Positions 37,486-48,316 of a stretch of 64,000 bases of DNA are shown here, one piece after another (positions within the stretch are counted from its first letter, which is position 1; each line of letters opens with the position of its first letter). The stretch spans positions 5,394,001-5,458,000 of the forward strand of contig CATNEN010000025.1 in the NCBI GenBank assembly GCA_950097015.1, given 5' to 3'. Below the pieces are notes generated by a model. It did no database searches and was not told where the DNA came from. It worked only from the letters and a program-made list of their open reading frames with translations. The stretch comes from Macrostomum hystrix. Lineage: Eukaryota > Animalia > Platyhelminthes. The position numbers were made by a program, and so were the translations under genes.

Positions 37486-37889
37486 GTGGTGTGATTTCTC
37501 ACTAGTGCAGTCTGGGTGAGCAAAATAAACAAAGGGGGTAGGTGGCACGCAAAGTGCGCACTCAATGGAGGGGGTGGGGTGACAACTAGACTAAAACAAC
37601 AAGGACAGGGGGAGAGAAAAACATCAAAATAAAGCTAAAGCAGTTAAGAAAATACAAAGGACACTATAGGGAGCTTACTGGTGTACTTTAAAAGTACCCC
37701 CTTCTAGGAATGGGGTTGCACAAATCAAGGAACACTCAATGAATGTACCTCTCCACGGAAATCTTTAGTAAAAGGCGAAAGATTTAAGCGTGGAATGAAG
37801 AGAAACCAGAGTTTCAATGGGCCTTAAGTGTGTAAATTAGTTTGTCCCCGTTTTGTACTCATAACAGTGTCAGTAAAAACGTTTCGATC

Positions 37890-38350
37890 TGATCTCATCT
37901 CTATCCTTATCTCATCTCTACCCAAATCGCATCTCTATCATTATCTCATCTCTACACTTATCTCATCTATCCTTATCTTATCTCTACCCTAATCTCATCT
38001 CTATCCTTATTGTAACACACTAAAAGTGAGGAACGAACCTCGCGCCGGCAGACCGAGACCGGTTTCTGGCTTGTTTGCCTTCGTCAGTCAGCCATAGCCA
38101 CACGCAGTCCTCTCCTCTCCCACCACTCTAAATGTGCACAGAAGTCTCTTTTTTAAGCTTGCCATTTTTATGGCGATACTTTATTAGTGTTATGTGAGAG
38201 TTTTGCAGCCAAGTCTTTGCTTTTCTACTGTTGTCAGTAGTCTGAATTGTATCTCTCACACTTTTCTCATCTCTACACTTATCTCATCTCTACCCTTATC
38301 GCATCTCTATATTATCTCATCTTTAGACTTATCTAATCTCTACCCTTATC
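37890..38350. repeat. Degenerate (ATCTCATCTCTATCCTT)-type repeat interrupted by a 250-bp insert
   Basis: The repeat phase continues on both sides of 38011-38260. Confidence 0.7.
38011..38260. mobile_element. Solo-LTR-like insertion (TGT...ACA) with a hammerhead-like motif
   Basis: Starts TGTAACAC and ends CTCACA. Flanked by CTTAT / CTTTT (5-bp TSD, one mismatch), which restores the host repeat phase. AATAAA on minus at 38180-38185. Confidence 0.6.
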
Positions 38351-38531
38351 TCATCTCTTCACTTATCTTTTCCCTACTGTCTCTAGACAAAAATAAGTAG
38401 CTTTTAGTCTATTTGTTAGAGCTTCTGACACCTTAATGAGAGGTTTTGAGTTCGATCTCAGCCCAAGGAAAATTTGTCCTGAACAAGGCTTATATGCTGT
38501 CGGTTTATTTATAAAAATAATATTATTACTA

Positions 38532-38882
38532 GATTACACCTGGCCCAATCAGATCTGATGTGCAGCCGCTGCTATTCTGCGGCGCACCTATAAGCTGCGT
38601 ACGGCTGTTCTGTCCATGGACTGGGGGGGCGGCACACCAACAATCAATTACCCTCAGCTAATGCTGGTACCCATTTAACAGCTGGGTGAACTGAAGCAAT
38701 GCAGAGTAAGGTGTCTTGCTAAAGGACACAATTTGTTCCAGTGGAGTCGGGGATCGAACCCACGAACTTTATTAAGGGTAGAAATTCGGGCGGCTGTGGC
38801 AAACCCCCAGTCCATGGACTGAACAATTGTAGCTAGCCATTGGATGAAACGTGCAATTGCAGCGGCTGTGGCTGCACATCGT
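38532..38882 (-). mobile_element. SINE family A, copy 4 (minus, 38532-38766), plus an inverted partial copy (plus, about 38790-38882)
   Basis: Full CORE on minus (TGTGTCCTTTAGCAAGACACCTTACTCTGCATTGCTTCAGTTCACCCAGCTGTTAAATGGGTACC); a second CCCCCAGTCCATGGACTGAAC block lies on plus. Confidence 0.8.
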
Positions 38883-40104
38883 AGCACAATTCTGTTAAAT
38901 GTCATTCGATACAAAGCGATGTCAGAGTTTTCATTGCAACTTAATTAACTTAGATCATGTTTAAAAAACGGACTACACTACTGACTATTTCCGATCAGTA
39001 GGCAGATAATTATTGTAAGAAATAAAGTTAGTTTTGTGCATTTAACTCGTAGTAAGAAAATATGCTAGCTTAATATTTTCTTGTTAAAAACAAGATCGTT
39101 TAATAATCTCGTAAAACTAGAGCCTTTCTAGAGACAAATTCTAAAATACTGAATTGATACCGTGGCAAAAAGAAAGAAAAGCAGATAAATTTTGAATACT
39201 CAATTGGCTATAAGGAAAAATCTGCATAGAGACAATTTAGCTTTCTTTAGCTTAGCAATAATCTTTGAACAAGACCGGAGAATAATATTTAGAATTAATT
39301 GAACAGATTTATTTACAATATGCACATTCTCGGATAGCAAATCGGAGAATGAAGCTTAACAAAAAATTAGTACAAAAGCAAGGCTTCCATTAGTTAGATT
39401 GCAGAGGGCACCGTAAGGAAGAATAAAGAACTAAAATTTGCATAGATTAACGAATCCATGTAATAAAAGGGTAATACAATGTTTACTAAGCAACGCTCTT
39501 TGCAATATTTTTGGTTCGGTAAGTAACTAATTTCAATAATAAGTGACGAAAGTTGTTTAGCTAATTTACCCTGGTTGTAAAATTATATAGATACAAAGCA
39601 TATTCATGAAAGTGAAATTTTACCAGCAAAATTAACTGATAGAAGTTATTATTTAAAGTACAGCAAGGGAGAGCCAACATTAAGTGTTTATGCCAGACGT
39701 ATGATTCGCGTTTCAATTGGTCAATGACTACACTAAAAAAATGCTGAATAAATAAAACAAGCTTTTTATAAACTTGCATTCTCAGTTCAGTGAAATAATG
39801 CTTTGCTTCTCAATGACAAACGCTTGTTATGAAATGTGAGCACACTTTTATCGGAATAAATGGAGCATTGGGTTAGTGCGAAGCAAGCACTAACGAAGCG
39901 AGTGTTAGATGGCGCGCCATTAGTAGACTAACGCAAAGAAAGTATTTTACTTAGTATCAAGGAATCCTTATATATTATCCATATAGGATATCCTTATCTA
40001 TTTTGATAGTTTTAGCGTTGAAATTCGAATTCAACTGAAGTCTGTGTAATAGAAAGGCAGGGAGACAGTAAACTCGCATTAGATTTTCTAATTGGATTTG
40101 AATG

Positions 40105-40590
40105 TACATTGGGGAAAGACGTCCAGTTAGTTTGACTGTAGATTGGGGCAAGAGGTCCAGTTAGTTTGACTGTACATTGGGGTAAGAGGTCCAGTTAGTT
40201 TGATTGTACATTGGGGTAAGAGGTTCAGTTAGTTTGACTGTACATTGGGGTAAGAGGTTCAGTTAGTTTGACTGTACATTGGGGTAAGAGGTCCAGTTAG
40301 TTTGATTGTACATTGGGGTAAGAGGTCCAGTTAGTTTGATTGTACATTGGGGTAAGAGGTTCAGTTAGTTTGACTGTACATTGGGGTAAGAGGTCCAGTT
40401 AGTTTGACTGTACATTGGGGTAAGAGGTCCAGTTAGTTTGATTGTACATTGGGGTAAGAGGTTCAGTTAGTTTGACTGTACATTGGGGTAAGAGGTTCAG
40501 TTAGTTTGACTGTACATTGGGGTAAGAGGTTCAGTTAGTTTGACTGTAAATTGGGGTAAGAGGTTCAGTTAGTTTGACTGTACATTGGGG
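40105..40590. repeat. 34-bp minisatellite (TACATTGGGGTAAGAGGT[C/T]CAGTTAGTTTGA[C/T]TG)n
   Basis: About 14 units. Confidence 0.95.
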
Positions 40591-41264
40591 AAATAGGTTC
40601 AAGTAGCTCGAACGTACATCGGGATAAGAATTTCTGAGCAGGTCAAATATAAATTGGGGTAAGGAGTTTAAGCAGGTTACACCGTGGTTACGTGGTTTAT
40701 AAACAGATAAATTTATTTCACGAGACATTGCAAGAATGTAAGTAAAAATAATAAAATTGAAATGATATAGCTTATGGTATACTCAGGCTTTTCAAAAGCA
40801 AAGAATTTATATGAAATTAGTAACTTATCCACACAGAAGGTACATAGAATATGTATATAGAAACAAAGCCACGTGTACTAGAGTATTATAGTTTCGAATT
40901 CACCAAGTAAAGACGTACTTCACGAAACCAAGAATTAAGCGAATGACCAAAAATAAAATGAATGAAAAACGTAAATCGTGACGCAATTGTAGTAATTAAT
41001 TGGTTTGAAAGCGCGTGGCGATTTTATGTATAAAAGAGGAAACGAAAATAGTAAGGTTCAACTGGCGAGACGAATAAGAGTAATTTTCAAAGCAACATTG
41101 TGTTTCTCAAATCCTGTTTAAATTAGTCTCATGAATCATATACAAAAGCAATTGTATCATGGTCGTCTGGTACGATATGTACATTTGGGATACTCAAGAC
41201 TGAGGTGTAAAATATGTACATAAAGTAGAAAGATGCAGGCTAGCGGGGTGGGGATGTATATCAG

Positions 41265-41545
41265 GAGAAGTATGCACATCGAGGTGAGGGATGTGCGTCG
41301 AGGTGAGGGATGTACATCGAGGTGAGGGATGTACATCGAGGTGAGGGATGTACATCGAGGTGAGGGATGTACATCGAGGTGAGGGATGTACATCAAGGTG
41401 AGGGATGTACATCGAGGTGAGGGATGCACATCGAGGTGAGGGATGTACATCGAGGTGAGGGATGTACATCGAGGAGAGGGATGTACATCGAAAAGAGGGA
41501 TGTACATCGAAAAGAGGGATGTAAACGATAACGAGGGGGTAAACG
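41265..41545. repeat. 19-bp minisatellite (GATGTACATCGAGGTGAGG)n
   Basis: Direct reading. Confidence 0.9.
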
Positions 41546-41781
41546 ATGTACTTTAAACAAAATGTAGATTTGATCATTGATGAAGCTTGAAGAATAGATT
41601 AAAGACTTATTTTCATATTTATGAAAAGAGTCGGAAGAGCTGAGAACCATTCCGACTGGCCAAATATAATGCAAAAATTATTAAATTACTTTAAACGGTT
41701 ATTTCTAATTGGCAACGCCATCAAAATCTTATGATGAAATCTAATTAACTGAAAAATACACAAGCAAAGCTAATTGCAAAG

Positions 41782-43952
41782 CTACTTAAGCGACAGTCCG
41801 TTTCGTTTTAATAGCAAAGCTACGGTTTTGTCGCGATCTAGATCGGAGGCGACAGCCGCGGCCGCGATGTCGTCAGAGCTGAATCCAAAGTCCAGCATCT
41901 CGGCGTGGAGCCGAAGGTAGCGGATGGCCTTGGGGAATGGAATCGCGAGGATAGAACAATGGTGGAATGGCGAGGATAGAACAACAATAGAAAGTCGAGG
42001 ATATAACAGTGATAGAAAGGCGAGGATATAACAATGATAGAAAGGCGAGGATATAACAATGATAGAAAGGCGAGGATATAACAATGATAGAAAGGCGAGG
42101 ATATAACAATGATAGAAAGGCGAGGATATAACAATGATAGAAAGGCGAGGATATAACAATGATAGAAAGGCGAGGATATAACAATGATAGAAAGGCGAGG
42201 ATATAACAATGATAGAAAGACGAGGATATAACAATGATTGAAAGGCGAGGATATAACAATGATAGAAAGGCGAGGATATAACAATGATAGAAAGGTGAGG
42301 ATATAACAATGATTGAAAGGCGAGGATATAACAATGATAGAAAGGCGAGGATATAACAGTGGCAGAAGGGCGAGGAGAGAAAAATTTGTGGAATGGCGAG
42401 GATAGAACTAATAGAATGACGAGGATAGAACTAAAAGAATGGCGAGAATATAATATAATAACATTACACGAGGAGCTAGTACCTAAAAAGTGCAGAATGG
42501 CAGAAGGAAATAATTGGTAGCAAAAACTGCTTCGATGAGCACAAGCCTCACCTTAGCTTCTGAGCCAAGCATTCTGATGGCATTCTCCGCTTCAATCGGA
42601 GCCACAGCGCAAGCGTCGGATACTCGATCAACGCTACACAGATAGGCGAATAGTTCGGCGTCTGACATGCCTAGCCTAGCAACTGCCCGAGCCGCTCGAT
42701 CTCGAGGAAATCCCATTGCGCAGAGACTGTCGGCTTTAACTCGCTCTAGCACGGACAGCTCCGGGTAAGGATCCGGACCGGCCAGCTTCGATGCTGACAA
42801 TCTGGGCGCTGTCGGCGGTGCCTGTGCCAATGACTTACTCGCCTGTTCTTGTCGCTGCTGCTGCTGCTGTAGCCTGGCCGACGGTTGCAAGGATGTCGAA
42901 GAAACTGAAGACAGCTCCGGATAGCTAGATGAGCGAATTCCCGCTGTTGTCAAACTGCCAATCTGCTGGTTCAAGGCTGCGGGAATCTGCGGCGGAAGAA
43001 GCAGCGGCAGCGGCGGCGGCAAAGGCTGCAACAGTCGAGGCGGCAACGGCTGTGGATTTGACAGCGTCGGTATTGACGATAAAGGCGTCGACATTGAAGT
43101 CGACAATTGGGGAATTTGGGGTTGAGTAGTAGGTTGTTGAGTAGGCAAAGTAGACAATTGCGGCGGCATCATTGACGAAGGCGGCATGTAGAACGGCAGG
43201 GTCGATGGCGCATTGGCAGCATCCCTAGTTGTTGTGGCCATAGACAATGCAGAGCTAGTTGGCGAATCCAGTGCCAGGCTTAGCTTAGGAAAGGTAATCT
43301 CGTGCACACTCTGCACCGGGGACCGGTGATTGCTCTGCTTGCCGCTGCTGCTGGAGTCATCGCTGCTGTCTAAGACGCAGCTCTGGCCAGAAACGCCGTT
43401 TAAGACATTTTTCAATTCAGCCATGTCATCAATTGTGCGCAATTCGGCATCGTCGAATGGATCTTCGACTCGATCGAAGTCCTTCAACGAGGTTACATTA
43501 AGCGGAGCTGTAATAGCTGGCGACCGGACGCCGGGTGCGGCTGGCGCAGGAGCGACTGGTTGCGGCTTCAAAGGATCCTTGGACAATTGAAAAGTGGCAA
43601 TCGAATTTCGAACCGGCGGTGCATAACCATTCTTTTTAGCTGCTTGAGAATGGTCAACAGTTGCTTTTGTTGCGTTTCCTTCAGAATGTTTCGGTTTATC
43701 AGCTTTTGCATTCTCCTGTTGCCTCTGAAGAATGATTGCTTCTTGTCTTTCGGATTCAGGTGGAAACAGCACCCTGTGCTCCAATGCAAAATCGTAGTCC
43801 CGGCCAGTCCAATTGTCTAACAGCTGCGGCTGCACAGGAGGAGGCGAGTCTGGCAAGCTGGGCAGCTGGCGCGGCTTCCAGCGCAACTCGAACGGCACCC
43901 CGCTGAGCATGTGGCTGCCCCAGCCGCGTTGCTTTCCACCACCGCCTGGCAT
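41782..43952 (-). CDS. UBAP1: Ubiquitin-associated protein 1 (ESCRT-I subunit), 2 exons, 515 aa
   Basis: Exons 43952-42552 and 41928-41782 (GT-AG, phase 0). N-terminal UMA region (LSGVPF...DYDFALE), conserved SLKDFDRVEDPFDDAELRTIDDMAELKNVL, and a C-terminal SOUBA-like triple UBA (CAMGF..., LDFGFSSDDI...DRDKTVALLL). Confidence 0.88.
41945..42460. repeat. 25-bp minisatellite (GGCGAGGATATAACAATGATAGAAA)n filling the UBAP1 intron
   Basis: Direct reading. Confidence 0.95.
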
Positions 43953-44808
43953 GCCCAGTGCAAAAGACCAGACTGTTTAAATGGCAATTGTAATAAGATG
44001 GCAGCTGGACTGTCTCTATCTATGGGTGCCACAATTGTTGAACTGTTGATTTTAGAAATCAGAAGACAAATCACAACAAAAGATTATCTGTGTTTTAGTA
44101 CACTGTATGTTTATGAGATTTGGGCTGGAAAATTTTTAGAATAGATTGGAGTAGGTGGATTAACTACCAGCAATGAGTCTTCCAGCAAGAAACAATTATG
44201 TAAATCAAAAAGCTTTCTTGTTGCAGAATACCTACATGATTATTTTGCATTTTGCATAGAAAATATAAGAAAAATCTAAACAGACAAACTTTAAGCAAAA
44301 TATGGGTAGATTACAAGTTGAACCAATTAAAAGTTATCTCTAACCCAAAAACATGCTAGAAAACTTTTGATATATGTATAATTTAGTTTGCTTTATCATG
44401 TGATGAGCTTTCTTATAAATCTCTTATATACTCAAAGCTGAATTTAGATAAAATAAAACAGCAAATATGATATGACTAAAGTTTTAGTCTATAGTCTATA
44501 ACCAATGAAACTTATTATCAATTTACCGGGAGTAAATAGTTTAAGTGGCAAGGGGTTGATAATCATACAATCCTACAATTGCAAATAGCTATTAAACTGT
44601 CAAAGTGCTTAATGATGAATACAAAATTCACTATGACATTGCTATAATGCTGTTACCCTGGGGCTACTATTAGTATCTAGCACCAATTTGTATTCCATTA
44701 GATAATGTCATGGTGTGTTATAAACTTTATCTTGACTGAATATCTTGATATAGCTAGATACAATTGTAGCTCTATATTTGTGTTTATATTCTAGCACCTA
44801 GTTCTGTG

Positions 44809-45194
44809 GGATCCTAGACACTTTTCATCTTACAACTTTGTCATCCAATTGGAAGGTAGGACACTTTGTCATCCAGCCAATTGGCATGCTTTAAAGTTTG
44901 GTCAGTTTGTCATCTACTAATAACAAGCAATCAAGTTTGTCATCAATAAAGTGAGGGTAGGGTGGTGGGACAGAGGTGTTGACACACTTCACACTCTTAA
45001 TTGTCAAAAAGAGGTGAAAGATAGGTGCCAACACAATGTGAGGAGGGGTACTTCTGTTCTAACTTTGAAAACTTTTGTTTTATAGATGACAAAGTGTCCA
45101 CAAGTCTAAGTCTCTTCGTCATCCACCCTCTGAGATATTGGACAGATCATCATCTGGATGACGAAGTTGTAAGATGACAAAGTGTCCAGGTACC
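44809..45194 (+). mobile_element. MITE with about 40-bp TIRs starting GG and a perfect 8-bp TSD (Merlin-like)
   Basis: Left GGATCCTAGACACTTTTCATCTTACAACTTTGTCATCCA; right end reverse-complements to GGTACCTGGACACTTTGTCATCTTACAACTTCGTCATCCA. TSD GTTCTGTG at 44801-44808 and 45195-45202. Confidence 0.8.
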
Positions 45195-46717
45195 GTTCTG
45201 TGAGGGGTGAGAGACAAAGTGTTTAATATATGTCTCTTATAGTTGTACAAAGGTCTCTGAGCTCAAATTTGTAACACAACCACATTAATTTGGGGTGCAG
45301 CAACAGAAAAGTCTTAGAGGCTTGTCATGCAATTTATGGCTGGGAGGGCCAACCTCAAAGGCATACAGAGAGTAGAGATAGCCTAAAAGTGCCAGAAGTG
45401 AATGTGAAATGAGAAGTGAGTGAGTTCAGAGTTAGTGCTAAGTGAACAGAAGCTTGTTTAGTTTTGGACAATGGGAGTTAAAATGGAAGGATAGATAGAG
45501 GCAAGGGGTATGTTATAGTACTCATGAATCATTCATTTAGATTTAAGGCCTTCAAAAGATAGAATAAATTAAGATTTTGCTGTCACTACCAGCCCCCTTG
45601 CACAGAAAGACCTGAAAGATAAACAGGGGGGCAAGAAAATTTTGGTGTTCATATACCAAAAATGTGTTTACCTGAAATCAAAAGTAACCAAAATCTTTAC
45701 ACTGAAAAACTTCAGATAAAATTTTGTATTATATCTAAGTGAGAGACTACACTGCTACTCTTTTATGTCTCATATATAAGCTATCTCTCTCCTGTCAGTG
45801 TCACCATCTCTTACAAGCAAATAAATAAATAAATAAAAGGTTGCCGACAGTCAAGTACTACAATAAAATTTACATTTGTTTGTACGTTAACGTTGTCTGT
45901 TAATGCAAATACGATGACATAAGTACTTGCAATTATACAACGACAAAGAAATATGTTTGCAAAATATGCATTCGCAAGAAAAACCCTTTACTGTCCGTCT
46001 GTTTCTACGAAACTCAAAAATTTTCAAATTGTCTGACATTATTAAACAAACATTTTTGATTGGCATCCTTATACATTTTTTGTAAATATGCGAGAATAAA
46101 ATTAACTGTGTATAATCTGTAAGGTATGTTTATTTTAGTTTACCTACTTTGTCCTCATGTGGCTCGTGCGAAAAAGAAAAGACGTTCTGTTTAAATTGCT
46201 ATCGGCATATATTTTTTGCTAGCGTTCTCTTGCGACTAGTACAATCAGAACGTTTTTACATTCCAACTTTTGCTTGCAGTTGAAGCTGAAAGTTTTAATA
46301 ATATATTTTTCGTTTGTGCGTAATAAGTACATTTCTTAGATGTCTGTAAACCTTCTGCTCATCTGACTAACCACATTTGAGTGAAGTATTAATGAACACC
46401 AACTTTGGGCGTCAAGATGATGTAAGAGAATTCAAGAATTCACTTTTATATTTATTTTATACTCTGTTAAATATAATTATATTTGAGCCTGTTTATATGC
46501 CCAGCACCTATGGCCATGGACTGGTGAATGTATAACAAAAATTGTGGTTGTAACTATTATAGTAATAAATTGAAAATATCATCTAGGCCCCTATAGCTAG
46601 AAGTTAATTTCAGCTAAGAACTTTTTTCATTAGCCAAATAACCAAACTAGGCCTCCTTAGCTGGTATTTGTTGTAACGTTGTATTTTATAATCAAATTGC
46701 AAGGCCTGAGTTAAAAA

Positions 46718-47111
46718 GTTCCCTGGACACTTCATCTTACAACTTTGTCATCCAGATGACAATCTATACAATATCTCAAAGGGTGGATGACGAAGTGACT
46801 TAGACTTGTGGACACTTAGTCATCTATAAAACGAAAGTTTTCAAAGTTCGAAAAGAACCACCACTCCCCCACTGGGCCCACCCCTTCCCACATCCTGTTG
46901 GCATCTATCTTTCAACTCTTAAAATGAAATTGTTACGCAGAAGCATCTTTTAATTGAGTCTACAGACTACAATGCTTGTTATTAGTAGAATGACAAACTG
47001 ACCAAACTGTAAAGCATGCCGATTGGCTGGATGACAAAGTATCCTACCTTAAAAATAGATGACAAAGTTGTAAGATGACGAAGTAGTAAGATGACTAAGT
47101 GTCTAGGATCC
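46718..47111 (-). mobile_element. Second, inverted copy of the same Merlin-like MITE
   Basis: The reverse complement aligns with 44809-45194; TSD is degenerate. Confidence 0.75.
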
Positions 47112-48316
47112 ATTTAAATATAATAGTGGTAGGACTTATTTCGTTTTTATTATTTATTCTTTCACCTCTAACTTTTTCATTACTTTCTATACCTCCTTAC
47201 TTTTTATGGAAAGCCAAACTGAACTAGTATATATTTATTTAATAGCTCAACTTTAATATGTTCATGTAAATTTACTTTTTAGGCCTAACTTTGAAATAGC
47301 AATGAGAAAAAAGTTTTTTGTTCCTAATGTCCAAACAAGAGGATGATATTTGTGTATCTAAAGTATGTATAGCTAATACATTATGTCAATTAAAATTCTA
47401 TTGTAAATTTGCCTGACAATTATGCTGTCAATCAGTTTTTTGTGCTGTTATATTATATAAAATGTATCAAATTTTGTTTCTTTTGGTTGTTGCATAGGCA
47501 TAGCTAAGAAATCTAAATGATGAAACTCAATTTTTTCCTTCTATAACCAATACTAACATTTTGGGCAAATATGCTCAGACTAAGAGCTTAGCTAACTTAA
47601 GTCATTTAAATGACACTATCTACTTACTATATATTTATATGATCTTCAAAATTTTGCTTCATTATTTAGATAGACCTATATACTTTTTTACACATTTATA
47701 CTCATAATTTTTAGATAGCAGTCATTCTTACCAAAAGCTTTAAACTTAGTATTAGATATGTGACACTTTCATTAGGTTACATTTTTATGAGCTTATGTTT
47801 TACTGAGGGTGTCGTTAAAGCTATAATACATATAGCTGACTCACTATGTAAAAAATTGTATATGTAACCTAGGTAGGCTAGATGTATAGCTAGTAGCATA
47901 CCCACTGTAATTGGTATATCCATTCAGCACCAGTGGGTTCTTAGTCATTAACCAACATGGCACTTTGGTGCTAAAGGATGGCAAAGGGCAATCTGGGACT
48001 TGTTGCTTTTGTTGGCTCTCAGACTTGGTCCCCCATTTACTGCAACCTGCCCCTCCCACCGTTATTACAAATATATGCATACAATGAGCCACCCTCTGTA
48101 TGCTTATATAAAAATTATGTCCATGAACTGCCACAACCTCCGAAATTTCTACCCTAGCTGACAACGGTACTTATTTTTTTTAATTTTCTAATTTTCTAAT
48201 TTTGATTAACAAAGCTTATGGCTTGAACATGTAAACCTGAACATGTCAAATATAAACTAGTTATTTAAATCGTTAATTTTTTATGATGGAATTCCCACCC
48301 ACCGTCACCTGTGCAG

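Larger units (their letters stand above)
31519..37813 (-). mobile_element. Full-length non-LTR retrotransposon (Jockey/I group: APE+RT, no RNase H) with an AlkB-containing ORF1
   Basis: Two long intact ORFs. Candidate 12-bp TSD TCAATGGGCCTT at 31507-31518 and 37814-37825. Alternative 3' end near 31900 at an A-rich stretch (AAAGAAAACCAAAATAAAA on minus). Boundaries are less certain than the ORFs. Confidence 0.88.

Noticed and set aside
34726-37519. Plus-strand ORFs antisense to the LINE (326, 250, 180 aa and others)
   Set aside because: These are expected shadow ORFs of GC-rich coding sequence and contain no motifs.
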